A DNA stretch of 64,000 nucleotides from Planctomycetota bacterium (GTDB lineage Bacteria > Planctomycetota > UBA1135 > UBA2386), in NCBI GenBank assembly GCA_965228735.1, contig OZ245838.1, positions 4,768,001 to 4,832,000 of the forward strand, read 5' to 3'. The translations under genes and the position numbers were made by a program. The first letter of the stretch is position 1. Each line of letters starts with the position of its first letter. Shown here piece by piece: positions 27,136 to 37,171 of the stretch. Below the pieces are notes generated by a model. The model did not search any database and had not been told where the DNA came from. It saw only the letters and a program-made list of their open reading frames with translations.

Positions 27136-30100
27136 TCAGTCGGACTCTTCGGCCTCTCCCTGAATGCGAGGTGTCGCCAGTTCTCGGTAGCGGCAGAGTC
27201 CGTTGGCCATGTTCATCTGTTCTGGCGTTCGACACTCGGGCTCGAAAAGCCTCGGGCTCGCAACGACGATGACGCAGCAACGGGCGCGGCTGGTTGCGAC
27301 ATTGAACCGATGCGGGTCGTAGAGGAACGCCATGCCGCGAGGCGCGTCCTCAGGCGAAGAGCTGGTGCAGGAGTAGACCACGACGGGTGCCTCCTGGCCT
27401 TGGAAGCGATCGACCGTCCCGACTCGCTCGACGCCACGGCTGGCGAGAGCTTGCTGGAGTGCCGCTACCTGGGCGTTGTAGGGGGCGACGACCAGCACGT
27501 CTTGGGCCGTCAGCGGGTGTATTGCACCCTTTCGATCCATCCAGGTCGCGCCATCAACGAGGAGTTCATCAACGATGTTGAGCACCTCGCTGACCTCCTC
27601 GGGGGAGCTGGCTTGGTTTCCCTCGTGCTCGACTTCGATCAAGTGGAGGGCTTGGCCTGCAAAGCGAGTCGGGCCGCCAATGACTTGTTGTTCCAGGCCC
27701 GCGATCGGCATGAGGCGATTGTCGTAGTAGCACTCCGAGGTGAAGGCGCAGATGGCGGGATGGAGACGCCAAGTTCGATCCAGGAACAGGCCCTGAGTCG
27801 GTTCGAGTGTGGATCCGCCAGGACCGACAACGTGAACGAGCGCCGCGACCTCCGTGCCATCGGGGTGGGATCCACGCCGGGGTTGTTCGAGTTGTTGCGG
27901 ATCTCCAAGCAGGATGAGGTTTCGTGCAGCCCGGGAAGCGGCCAGAACCTGCGCGAGCGCCATCTGTCCGGCTTCGTCGACGAACAGGTAGTCGAGTGAC
28001 TCTGCGGCATCTGGCCGAGACCAGAGCCACGCCGTGGCACCAACGACGCAGTTCGTGTCGATTGCCTCGATGGCCTTCTTGTTGTCTGAGATCGATTCGA
28101 TCACCGAGGTGTCGGGTTCGTCTCCGCCAAGGTGAACGAGTCGCACGGTCTTGCTTAGTTCCTTGGCAGCGACCCGAACCTCGTTGAGGAGGTTGCTTAT
28201 CACCTTGTGGCTCACCGCCGTGATGCCAACCTTGTGTCCGGCGGCGACCAGCGAGGCGATCATGCGAGATCCGGCGAAGGTCTTGCCACTACCTGGAGGG
28301 CCCTGGATCGGAAGCGTTCCGCCGTCAAGCTCGTGTGCCAGGCGTATCGCGGCGTCCAGAAGCTTCTCTCCCTCGTTGCGGACAGCGTTGCCGGTAGACG
28401 GTCCGCGTCGAGGCGGTAGCCGAAGTAGCAAGTCGCGAGCGGCTTGGAAAGGGCCAGGGCCATCCAGCCCATTCGCATTCGCTTGTGTTCCGAGTGCAAG
28501 AAGCGAGTCTTCGAGGGCATCGCTCCGAACGACTTGTTCTCGGAACACCGCTCCGGGGTGCATGGACGCGGTCTTCCCGGTCTTCTTGAGGTCGACGGTG
28601 CCGTTCGTCAGGTCGATGGCGACCACTTCGCCGAAACCTCTGTCTTCCGGATCGTCGATCGATGGGGTCCGGACCTTCTTTCCGGCGCGTAGCGCGATCT
28701 CCTGCTGGGGGAATCGGTAGCGGTGCGTTGGCACGCGCTGCCTGCCCTTCAGCGGTAGTTCCGACTCGAACTGTAGGCCGCTGACGGCCTCGCGTTCTGT
28801 CAGCAGGTCCTCGTGATCCAGCTCTCGGAGCCGAAAGTGCTCCCACCAACCGCACTTCTCTTCGCGATGGAAGTAGCCGGCCATCTGGGCGAGGAGCCAT
28901 CGTGCTTGTTGGTCCTGGGTCCGGGCCTCTGGGTCATCTGAAAGGTCGGTCATCAGCGCGTCGACGACGGCTCCGATCTTCACTTCTCTGGCAGTGACGT
29001 TCTCGGAGGCGGCGTCTTCGACGATGAGCGGGCGCGGAACGTCGTGGCCTTGATCGATCAGTTCGGCTCGGCGGTCCTCCAGCCAGTCTCGCAGTGCCTT
29101 GGTGGACTCGCAGTCCTCGCGGTTGTAGTCCGTGACGCGCTCGCGGAGTTCTTTGGAGATCGACTCTCCGGCTCCGCGTTCGAGGGCCAGTTCAACGTCT
29201 CTGCGAGCGACCCCGGCCTCTTTGAGATCGAGCGCCCGCTCGTATCCCGTCAGCGCCTCCATCTCCTTCAGGCCGTAGCGTTCGATGCCAACCTGCATGG
29301 ACTCGCGGATCACCGCGCGAAGATCGACCATCCGACGGCCACGCAGAAGGCGGTCTAGGACGTCGGCGCGCGTTCCGTAGCGGCCAACGAGTCGCTTGAG
29401 CGCGGACGGCTCATAGTGATGGAAGTGGTAGATGTGGAACTCGGCGCTCGCGTCCATCCGTTCTGCAACGAAGTCCATGAACGCTTCGAAGGCGCGCTTC
29501 TCTTTCTCACGATTGATCGCCCAAGCGTCGTGATAGACGGGGCCTCCAGGTTCGAGCGCGATCCATCCGGTCAGGTATTCAAGCCCGCCGGCGTCCACGA
29601 AGGGGTCGCCCTCGAAGTCGAAGAATACGTCGGCCGGTGATGGCTCCGGCAACCGCGCGAGCCCCCGTTCTGGCGGAGGCGGCGTGAGATACTCGAACGG
29701 TGGTTTCGCCGAAGACCGAGCGATGATCTGGAGCTTTGCTTGCGTCTCCAGTCGATCGAAGGTCTCGCGTGTGCCACGGCTTGGTGGCTCGGGAAGTCCG
29801 CCGAGTGCGCCGAGCTGTTCGACGGTCGCAACGTCCTGGCGGACCAGCTCGCGAATGTGCAGCGTGTGTATTCCGGCGACGAGACTCAAGTGGTCGTCGG
29901 TTCGGCGGCGAGACTCGCATTCGGACCACCAGCGGCACACGTCGCAGTGCGGCACGGGCTCCGGGTAGGTTGCCTGCGCTGGCTCCTGCACGGCCGCGAG
30001 GAGCTTGCGCCGCACGAAGCGAAAATAGGCTGCGACCGAGTTGGTTCGATAGGTTTCGTGCGCGATCGGCGTCACGACATGCAGGTGCTCTGGAGGCTTG

Positions 30101-30570
30101 CCGATCAAGGCCGTGACCATGTCCGCGTAGGCGCTGAGCTGGAGGATCGTGCCCGCGCGGGTCTCGGCCGCCAACTTGGTATCGACTGGTTCGTAGGCGG
30201 AGAAGTCTGCTGTGTCGTCCTGGCGTCGCAGGAGGATGTCGGCTCGCCCGGTCCATTGGCCCTCCGTTAGTGGGGCCTGCACGATGACGTCTGTCTGCGC
30301 AGCGATGGCCTCCCTTGTCGCGTCGAGGTCCCCGGGGGTTGCCTCTCGCAAGTCCACCACTGATCGGCCTGAGGCGCGTAGCTTCTCGACGAACGCGGCC
30401 TCGTGCTCGTTACCTCGCTCGATCAGTGATTCGAGGAACGGATCGTGTCTCGCGGGAGCTGTCCGGAGCCCTCGCGCAACTCCGAGGTTGAGCTGAGTCA
30501 GGTGGCGACAGGCCAGATGCCCGGCGAGGTCGCTTGGCGATAGTCTGAGCCCGGAGTCACTGTTGTGCAT
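27136..30570 (-). CDS. TM0106-family RecB-like nuclease / RNaseH-like / SF1 helicase fusion
   Basis: LSPSDL..HLACRH, GRADIL, VDTK, CDVCRWWSEC, FFDFEGDP, YNREDC, IQGPPGSGKT, FVDEAGQ, GDPQQL, GTVDRFQGQE, NVATSRA. Confidence 0.93.
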   Translation of the reverse strand: MHNSDSGLRLSPSDLAGHLACRHLTQLNLGVARGLRTAPARHDPFLESLIERGNEHEAAFVEKLRASGRSVVDLREATPGDLDATREAIAAQTDVIVQAPLTEGQWTGRADILLRRQDDTADFSAYEPVDTKLAAETRAGTILQLSAYADMVTALIGKPPEHLHVVTPIAHETYRTNSVAAYFRFVRRKLLAAVQEPAQATYPEPVPHCDVCRWWSECESRRRTDDHLSLVAGIHTLHIRELVRQDVATVEQLGALGGLPEPPSRGTRETFDRLETQAKLQIIARSSAKPPFEYLTPPPPERGLARLPEPSPADVFFDFEGDPFVDAGGLEYLTGWIALEPGGPVYHDAWAINREKEKRAFEAFMDFVAERMDASAEFHIYHFHHYEPSALKRLVGRYGTRADVLDRLLRGRRMVDLRAVIRESMQVGIERYGLKEMEALTGYERALDLKEAGVARRDVELALERGAGESISKELRERVTDYNREDCESTKALRDWLEDRRAELIDQGHDVPRPLIVEDAASENVTAREVKIGAVVDALMTDLSDDPEARTQDQQARWLLAQMAGYFHREEKCGWWEHFRLRELDHEDLLTEREAVSGLQFESELPLKGRQRVPTHRYRFPQQEIALRAGKKVRTPSIDDPEDRGFGEVVAIDLTNGTVDLKKTGKTASMHPGAVFREQVVRSDALEDSLLALGTQANANGLDGPGPFQAARDLLLRLPPRRGPSTGNAVRNEGEKLLDAAIRLAHELDGGTLPIQGPPGSGKTFAGSRMIASLVAAGHKVGITAVSHKVISNLLNEVRVAAKELSKTVRLVHLGGDEPDTSVIESISDNKKAIEAIDTNCVVGATAWLWSRPDAAESLDYLFVDEAGQMALAQVLAASRAARNLILLGDPQQLEQPRRGSHPDGTEVAALVHVVGPGGSTLEPTQGLFLDRTWRLHPAICAFTSECYYDNRLMPIAGLEQQVIGGPTRFAGQALHLIEVEHEGNQASSPEEVSEVLNIVDELLVDGATWMDRKGAIHPLTAQDVLVVAPYNAQVAALQQALASRGVERVGTVDRFQGQEAPVVVYSCTSSSPEDAPRGMAFLYDPHRFNVATSRARCCVIVVASPRLFEPECRTPEQMNMANGLCRYRELATPRIQGEAEESD

Positions 30571-30654
30571 TCTGTCTTCCCGCTTCTGGTCCCGTTCACC
30601 AAGGATACCGGGTTGCTCGGGAAATCGCGCGATCGATCGAGCAAGCCCTCTGGG

Positions 30655-31683
30655 CTAGGCACCTGGGGGCTTCGGCAGGATCGCCGACGAAAGCCGCGGG
30701 TCCTTCATCATCGATCCGATGCTTCCTTCTCGGAACGCTTCGACGAGATACATGATTTCGTTGGGGCCGCCGAGGCCACATCTGTTCAGGCGGAGCTGAA
30801 CCTCGTCGGTAAACCCACTGGTTGTCATGACGGCCCCTGTGTCTTCTCCGCTCATCGCACTCTCTAGTCGCTCGATGACCTTGATCCCGACGCGGTGCGA
30901 TCTCCAACGCTTGAGTTCGATCAAGAAGTTGCCGTTGTCCGTCTTGATGACGAGGTCTTTCCCGCCATCGCGTGTCTCCGGCGTGAGTTCCACTTCGTAG
31001 CCAAGTTCTTGATAGAGATGGCGCATGAAGTGCTCGAAGGCGCGAGGCTCCATCTCAAGCAAGTCCTCGGTCTCCGTTGCGCGATCCATGAATCGCTTCA
31101 CGAGTTGCCGCATTCCCTGCTCGAACTTGCTTTCCGTCGGTTGGATCAGCTTGATGGTGAACCGGTCCAGGTTTCGCGTTAGGTGGAGAAGCTCGCACGC
31201 GCAACGAACAAGTTCTGCGCGGTCGTTCGCGATCAGTCTCGATGGGTCGACTTGTGCCAACGGCAGATCGAGGAGGCTGAGTCGAAACACACGATCTTGG
31301 AACTGGTTGCCAACTCTGGCTCGTAGCCGCTTCGTGAACGGGGGGAGCACGACCTCGACATCCCCATCTTGCGTCGGGATAGACTCTGGGACCGTTAACA
31401 GAACAACGACGACGGGCTTCCCAATTGACCCTGCGAAGTCGAGTTCCGATTCGACTAGCGTGTCGCCCTGCACGGTTTGAATGTGCGGGTCATTGGCCCC
31501 CATGATCAGAACGAAGTAGTCGGCTGCCTCGATCAGTTCGGCTGCGACATCAGGGACAGAGCCATCTTTGTAGGTGACGTTCAATCCCACAAGCGGTGCT
31601 AGGTGCATGAGAGCCTCTCGGGCGATGCTGCCGTTTCCCGCGAATGATCCAGACACGAAGAGCGTTGGTTGTTTCCCCGGCAT
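30655..31683 (-). CDS. DUF4062 (TIR-like) + Mrr-family restriction endonuclease fusion
   Basis: N-terminal LFVSGSF...ADYFVLIMG...ESELDFA..GKPV; C-terminal PRAFEHF..LY..LGY...RDGGKD...IELKRW. Confidence 0.82.
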   Translation of the reverse strand: MPGKQPTLFVSGSFAGNGSIAREALMHLAPLVGLNVTYKDGSVPDVAAELIEAADYFVLIMGANDPHIQTVQGDTLVESELDFAGSIGKPVVVVLLTVPESIPTQDGDVEVVLPPFTKRLRARVGNQFQDRVFRLSLLDLPLAQVDPSRLIANDRAELVRCACELLHLTRNLDRFTIKLIQPTESKFEQGMRQLVKRFMDRATETEDLLEMEPRAFEHFMRHLYQELGYEVELTPETRDGGKDLVIKTDNGNFLIELKRWRSHRVGIKVIERLESAMSGEDTGAVMTTSGFTDEVQLRLNRCGLGGPNEIMYLVEAFREGSIGSMMKDPRLSSAILPKPPGA

Positions 31684-31885
31684 GCGCGGATGATAACCGG
31701 CATCGGACGCCGCAGTATGGCTGAGGGCTAGCTGCTGCGGGGTTGCGTCGGCTGCTTGCGCGACCTAGGTCTTGCGCGGAAGCATGTCGCCTTGGGCGAG
31801 CAGGCGTTTAGGTGTGCAACAGTGCGACGGCAGGTCGATCGACCGTTTGGTCAGGTCCGCAGGTGAACAGGCAGCGGCCGCTTCC

Positions 31886-33249
31886 GGGAGTGTGCGATGA
31901 ACGGTGTATTCGCGTGACGGCTGGTGGGATCCTCTGACCCGTAGGGAGCCCACCGATGACCCCGAAGAAGAATGACCGCCACCGAATCCCAGACGAGCTG
32001 ATCGACCAGCTCCTCGCCAACTACGAGAAGCCAGAAGACCTGACAGGAAAGGACGGCATCCTCAAGGAGCTGACGGCCCGGCTGCTCGGCCGAGCCCTCG
32101 AAGGCGAGATGACCGAGCACCTCGGCTACGAGAAGCACGCACCGCGTGCCGAGGGCACGACCAACGCCCGCAACGGATCGCGCAGCAAGACGATCAAGGT
32201 CGAGGACGGCGAGCTCGAGATCGAGGTCCCCCGCGACCGCGACAGCACGTTCGAGCCCGAGATCGTCAAGAAGCGCCAGAGACGCTTCGCGGGCTTCGAC
32301 GAGAAGATCCTGGCGCTCTACGCCCGCGGCATGACCGTCCGCGACATCCAGGGCCACCTGGAGGAGCTGTACGGCGTCGAGGTTTCGCCGTCGCTGATCT
32401 CGAGCGCCACGTCGGCGGTCCACGAAGACGTCCTGGCCTGGCAGAGCCGACCGCTCGAGCCGGTCTACCCGATCGTCTTCCTCGATGCGCTCGTCGTGAA
32501 GGTGCGCGATGAAAGCGTCGTCCGCAACAAGTCGGTCTACCTGGCGATCGGCGTCACGCTCGACGGCCGCCGTGAAGTCCTCGGGATCTGGATCGAGCAG
32601 ACGGAGGGCGCCAAGTTCTGGCTGAAGGTCATGAACGAGCTGAAGACGCGGGGCGTCCAGGACATCCTGATTGCGTGCTGCGATGGCCTGAAGGGCTTCC
32701 CGGACGCGATCGAGCACGTGTTCCCGCAGGCCACCGTGCAGACCTGCATCGTGCACATGATCCGGAACTCGCTGCGCTTCGTCAGCTACAAGGATCGCAA
32801 GGCCGTCGCCAAGGACCTCAAGCCGATCTACACGGCGGCCAACCGTGAAGCCGCCGAGGCAGCGCTGGATGCCTTCGACAAGAAGTGGGGCCGCCGCTAC
32901 GAGATGATCACCTCGTCCTGGCGAGCGAACTGGGAGCGTGTCGTGCCGTTCCTCGACTTCCCGCCCGAGGTCCGGCGCGTGATCTATACGACCAACCAGA
33001 TCGAGGCGCTCAACTCGAGCCTGCGCAAGCTGCTGCAGTACCGCGGCCACTTCCCGGACGACAAGTCCGTCACCAAGCTGCTCTACCTCGCGCTGCGTCG
33101 CTTCGAGAAGAAGTGGACGCGTGCGCTCTGGAATTGGAGCGCCGTCCTCGGGCAGCTCGCTATCTTCTTTCAAGGCAGGATACCTGCCCTGTAACCGTGA
33201 CCTCACTCCGCCAGCTGGTCGCCGTTTACACCGTTAGCTGCACACTCCC
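31886..33249 (+). mobile_element. IS256-family insertion sequence, copy 2 (1364 bp)
   Basis: Same terminal repeats as copy 1; 8-bp TSD CCGCTTCC at 31878-31885 and 33250-33257. Confidence 0.97.
31956..33194 (+). CDS. IS256-family transposase
   Basis: 412 aa; one residue (S/T) differs from 3014..4252. Confidence 0.97.
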   Translation: MTPKKNDRHRIPDELIDQLLANYEKPEDLTGKDGILKELTARLLGRALEGEMTEHLGYEKHAPRAEGTTNARNGSRSKTIKVEDGELEIEVPRDRDSTFEPEIVKKRQRRFAGFDEKILALYARGMTVRDIQGHLEELYGVEVSPSLISSATSAVHEDVLAWQSRPLEPVYPIVFLDALVVKVRDESVVRNKSVYLAIGVTLDGRREVLGIWIEQTEGAKFWLKVMNELKTRGVQDILIACCDGLKGFPDAIEHVFPQATVQTCIVHMIRNSLRFVSYKDRKAVAKDLKPIYTAANREAAEAALDAFDKKWGRRYEMITSSWRANWERVVPFLDFPPEVRRVIYTTNQIEALNSSLRKLLQYRGHFPDDKSVTKLLYLALRRFEKKWTRALWNWSAVLGQLAIFFQGRIPAL

Positions 33250-33692
33250 CCGCTTCCCCCGGGTTTCGGCAGCCTTTCGTCACCACTCCCCCGTTCCACG
33301 AGCTTCTCAGATGGCGTGCGCCGGAGACTCGTCTCGCCAGTAATCCTCGATCATCTGTAGTGCGCGAACATCCTGGTTCGTGATGGCTTGCCGCGTCGTC
33401 TCCATGACTTCGCGGACCCCCTGAACCCCCTTTCGGCGTGACCGCCTACGGTGGGCGTCGAGTTGCTCGTTCTGAGCAAGATCGACTGAGCAGTGCTCGT
33501 TCACGTCGCGGCTCAGCGGCGGGTTGGCTTGGAACCGCGGCCACACACGCTGCTCCCCGGTGGTTTTGCTCGTCGCAGCGTAGGGCCCTGCGATGTCGCC
33601 CACGCCGAAACCCCTGCACACCGTAGCCGTTAATCCCGGCACCAAAGTCATCGCTCTCCTCAACCCCGGCAGAGAGCCGGAAAGGCAGACCG

Positions 33693-35162
33693 ATGACCGA
33701 TTCGCAGAGACCAGAAGACAACGCTGACCAGCCGACCATTCCGATCGGGCCCGAGCCGACCTCGCAGTTCCCGCTGACGCCGCAGGCGCCCGGGATCGGC
33801 GGCGGAGAGGAGACGCACGGCGAAGCCGGGCGACTCCTCGGAGCCGGCGATCCCGGGCGGGCGCCAACCCCCTCGACGACAGGCGACCTGCCGCCCGAGC
33901 TCGCAGGCCGTCGTCGCTCGCGCACGCGCCGCCGTGTCGTGCCGCAACCGCGTCAGCATTTCAGCGCCCGCGAGCGCCTGCTGATCCTGGACACCTGGCA
34001 GCGCTCGAAGCTGCCGGCAAAGGACTTCGCTGCGCTCGTCGGAGTGTCGCCGCATTCGCTCTACAAGTGGCGCAGCCGCTTCCAGGAGGAAGGGCCGGCG
34101 GGCCTCGAGGATCGCCCGAAGGGCCCCGGGCCCGGCAGCCGCCTGTCGGACGAGACGAAGCGCGCGATCCTGATGATGAAGCAGGCGCATCCCGAGTGGG
34201 GCCAGGATCGCCTGCACTCGATGCTCATGCGCACGCAGGGCCTCGCTGCGAGCCCAGGTGCGATCGGTCGCTACCTGGAGGAAGAGGGCTACGTCGTCGA
34301 GGACGTGCCGACGAAGCCGCACCCGGACAAGCCACGACGCTTCGAGCGCAGCAAGCCGAACCAGATGTGGCAGACGGACCTGTTCACCTTCGTCTTGAAG
34401 CGTCAGAACCGACGTGTGCACCTGGTCGGCTTTCTCGACGACTACAGCCGCTACCTCGTCGGCTTCGGACTGCACGCGAGCAGCTCCGGTGCGATGGTGC
34501 GCGAGGCGCTGGAGTCGGCGATCGCCAACTACGGTGCGCCCGACGAAGTGCTGACCGACAACGGGACGCAGTACAAGACCTGGCGCGGCAAGAGCGCCTT
34601 CACCAAGTTGCTCGAGCGTCGCGGGATCAAGCAGATCGTCGCCAGCCCGCGGCATCCGCAGACGCTGGGCAAGATCGAGCGCTTCTGGGGGACGCTGTGG
34701 CGCGAGTGCGTGCAGCAGGCAGTGTTTCGCGATCTCGACGACGCGCGTGATCGCATTCGTCAGTTCGTCGATCACTACAACTTCCAGCGCACGCATTCGG
34801 GGATCGACGGCATGGTGCCGGCGGATCGCTACTTCGAATCAGCGCCGCAGGTGCTGGAGACGCTGCGCGAGCAGGTGAAGGCCAACGCCAAAGAACTCGC
34901 GCAGAACGGCGCACCGCGCAAGACCTTCTACCTGACGGGTCGAGTCGGTGACTCCAACATCTCGCTGCATGCCGAGGGCGAGCGGGTCGTGCTGACGAAG
35001 GAGGACGGCAGTCGCGAAGAGGTCGACCTCGGCGCGACCGGCCGGCGGGCCGAAGTCGGGAGCGAATCTGACGTCGAAGGGCCCGGCGAGTCTCCCCTCG
35101 ATGCCGCTCTGCAGGACCTGTCCGACGGTCTCGATTCGGAGACCGGGGAGGACGACTCGTGA
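33693..35162 (+). CDS. IS481-family DDE transposase
   Basis: N-terminal HTH; WQTD, LDDYSR, LTDNG, GKIERF, YNFQRTHSGI. Confidence 0.92.
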   Translation: MTDSQRPEDNADQPTIPIGPEPTSQFPLTPQAPGIGGGEETHGEAGRLLGAGDPGRAPTPSTTGDLPPELAGRRRSRTRRRVVPQPRQHFSARERLLILDTWQRSKLPAKDFAALVGVSPHSLYKWRSRFQEEGPAGLEDRPKGPGPGSRLSDETKRAILMMKQAHPEWGQDRLHSMLMRTQGLAASPGAIGRYLEEEGYVVEDVPTKPHPDKPRRFERSKPNQMWQTDLFTFVLKRQNRRVHLVGFLDDYSRYLVGFGLHASSSGAMVREALESAIANYGAPDEVLTDNGTQYKTWRGKSAFTKLLERRGIKQIVASPRHPQTLGKIERFWGTLWRECVQQAVFRDLDDARDRIRQFVDHYNFQRTHSGIDGMVPADRYFESAPQVLETLREQVKANAKELAQNGAPRKTFYLTGRVGDSNISLHAEGERVVLTKEDGSREEVDLGATGRRAEVGSESDVEGPGESPLDAALQDLSDGLDSETGEDDS

Positions 35163-35689
35163 CGGCGAAGAAGCCACGCCCGAAGCCGGCGGGGCCGAAG
35201 GCCCTGACCGGCAGCGACGAGGCCAAGCGCCGCGCCACGGTCATCCTCGAAGCGATGTGTGGGCTTCGCACCACGCAGTCCGCCAGCGATGAGCTGCGCA
35301 TCGCGCTCGTGCGCTACTACGTGCTCGAGACGCGCATGCTGCAGGCGATGATCGACGCGCTGGAGCCGCGTGCGCGCGGTCGCAAGCGCGACATCGAGGC
35401 GGAACTCAAGCAGGTCCGCGAGGACGCCAAAAAGACGCAGCGCGAGCTGATGCGTCTGCAGGCGTTGCACCGCGTCACGCAGCGCGCTGTGTGCGTCAAA
35501 CCGGACAAGCCCGCCAAGTCGGCCAATTCAAAAGGCGGAGCCCCGGTGAAGAAGCGTCGCACCCGCAAGCAGTCACGCGGTGAGCGCGTGCTCGCGGCGA
35601 TGAAGGCTGCCGAGTCCGACGCTGCACCGGCGTCCTTGCCCGCGCCGAGTGCTATCGTGACGCGACAACCAGACGAGGGAGTGGCGTGA
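35159..35689 (+). CDS. transposon accessory HTH/coiled-coil protein 1
   Basis: GTGA overlap with the transposase; similar to the next ORF (ILEAMCG...A..EL...RYY.L...LEP..RGR). Confidence 0.75.
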   Translation: MTAKKPRPKPAGPKALTGSDEAKRRATVILEAMCGLRTTQSASDELRIALVRYYVLETRMLQAMIDALEPRARGRKRDIEAELKQVREDAKKTQRELMRLQALHRVTQRAVCVKPDKPAKSANSKGGAPVKKRRTRKQSRGERVLAAMKAAESDAAPASLPAPSAIVTRQPDEGVA

Positions 35690-35690
35690 C

Positions 35691-36098
35691 ATGACGATGG
35701 GACGGCCGAACAAAGGACTGGATCACCTCGACAAGTACGACGTCTCCGAGCAGAGCCAGCTGCGCGGTCGCATCGTCATGCAGACCATCACGGGCGAGCT
35801 CTCGGTGGCAGATGCGTGCGAGCAGCTCGGTGTCGATCGCTCGCGCTTCTGGCGTCTGCGTGACCAGGCGCTGCAGTGGTATCTGGAGTCCTTCGAACCT
35901 GGCCGTCCCGGTCGTCCTCGGAAGCGAGACGCGGATGCCGAGACCGAAGAGCAAGCTCTGCGTGATCGTGTCGCGCAGCTCGAGCGTGAGCTCCGTCTCG
36001 CGGAAGCGCGGGCGGATCTCGCCGGTCTCGATCCAAAAAAAGTGACGCCGGAACCACGGCGCATGAGCCGACAGGAGCGGCGACGAAGAAGCCGGTGA
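35691..36098 (+). CDS. transposon accessory HTH/coiled-coil protein 2
   Basis: GELSVADACEQLGVDRSRFWRLR HTH; PGRP motif; leucine-zipper-like tail. Confidence 0.8.
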   Translation: MTMGRPNKGLDHLDKYDVSEQSQLRGRIVMQTITGELSVADACEQLGVDRSRFWRLRDQALQWYLESFEPGRPGRPRKRDADAETEEQALRDRVAQLERELRLAEARADLAGLDPKKVTPEPRRMSRQERRRRSR

Positions 36099-37171
36099 AC
36101 GCCACTGCGGGCAAGCGCTGGGCTGCGATCGACGTATCGCGTCAGGTGATCGCGAACGTCGTGCGCGACCTCGGCGTGACCTGTCGTCGTGCCGGCGAGT
36201 TACTGCGCTGCTCCGCGTCGACAGTGTCCGCCTGGATGCAGCGCGCGGCGCGCGCTGCCATCGGCACGCCCTATCGCAGGCCAGGTCGTCCGACTCTGGC
36301 CGCCGATCGACTGGCCCGCAACGACGTCTACGCCACGCTGCAGGCGCACGGCGGTCGCATCTCGGATCAGGAGCTCAAGCAGGCATACCCGGACGTCGGT
36401 CGCGCGGAGCTGCGGCGACTCAAGGCGCGATGGCGTCGGCTGTCGGCCCGGCTGCGCCGTCGCCGTCTCGAGCAGTTGACCTGGGAGTGCCCGGGCGCGA
36501 TCTGGGCGATGGACTTCGCCGAGTTACCCGGCGGCATCGAAGACCTCGGCAAGCACCTGCTCGTCGTGCGCGACCTCGCCAGCGGCGCTGTGCTCGAGGC
36601 TGCCGCGTGCCGGGCGCAAGATGCCGCGCACGTCGTCCGTGTGCTCCGCCGACTGTTTGCCGAGCATGGCGCCCCGCTCGTCCTCAAGAGCGACAACGGG
36701 AGCGCCTTCGTCAGCCATGCTGCGCAGGCGCTGCTCGCCGCACACGGCGTGCTGCCGCTCTTTTCGCCCCCCGGGACGCCGGCATACAACGGTGGCTGTG
36801 AGGCCGGCGTCGGCAGCGTGAAGTCGCGCGCTGTGGCCATCGCGAGCATGCGCGGCGTCGACTGTGGTGTCACGCTCGACGACTTGCACGACGCGGTCGC
36901 GCAGAGCAACGCGCAGCCGATCGCGCGGCGCGCCGGCTCGCCGCTGCGCGGGCCAACGTGGCTTGCTCGGGCGCCGCTAACGGCCGCGATGCGAGCTGGC
37001 CTGTGCCGCCGCGTCGAGCGGCATCGCGGGAGCGCCTGCCGTGCTCGGGGGATTGCCTGGGGCGCCGACCTCCCGCATCATCTACGGGCTTCGATTGATC
37101 GCTTCGCGATCGGTCGAGCGCTTCGTGAACTCCGTTTCCTATCAACCCGGAGAGCCGACTTTGCTGCCTGA
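36095..37171 (+). CDS. second DDE (rve integrase core) transposase
   Basis: WAMDF, VRDLASG, LKSDNGSAF, PAYNGGCE. Confidence 0.85.
   Translation: MNATAGKRWAAIDVSRQVIANVVRDLGVTCRRAGELLRCSASTVSAWMQRAARAAIGTPYRRPGRPTLAADRLARNDVYATLQAHGGRISDQELKQAYPDVGRAELRRLKARWRRLSARLRRRRLEQLTWECPGAIWAMDFAELPGGIEDLGKHLLVVRDLASGAVLEAAACRAQDAAHVVRVLRRLFAEHGAPLVLKSDNGSAFVSHAAQALLAAHGVLPLFSPPGTPAYNGGCEAGVGSVKSRAVAIASMRGVDCGVTLDDLHDAVAQSNAQPIARRAGSPLRGPTWLARAPLTAAMRAGLCRRVERHRGSACRARGIAWGADLPHHLRASIDRFAIGRALRELRFLSTRRADFAA

Noticed and set aside
27136..30570. Cas4-like motifs as evidence of CRISPR-Cas
   Set aside because: They belong to the TM0106 nuclease-helicase architecture; there are no cas1/cas2 genes or array.
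31812..31822. Isolated GTGTGCAACAG matching the A/C arm box
   Set aside because: Single copy with no paired box, phased array or att core nearby; chance cannot be excluded.
2944..33249. Composite transposon formed by the two IS256 copies
   Set aside because: Each copy has its own distinct TSD, indicating independent insertions.
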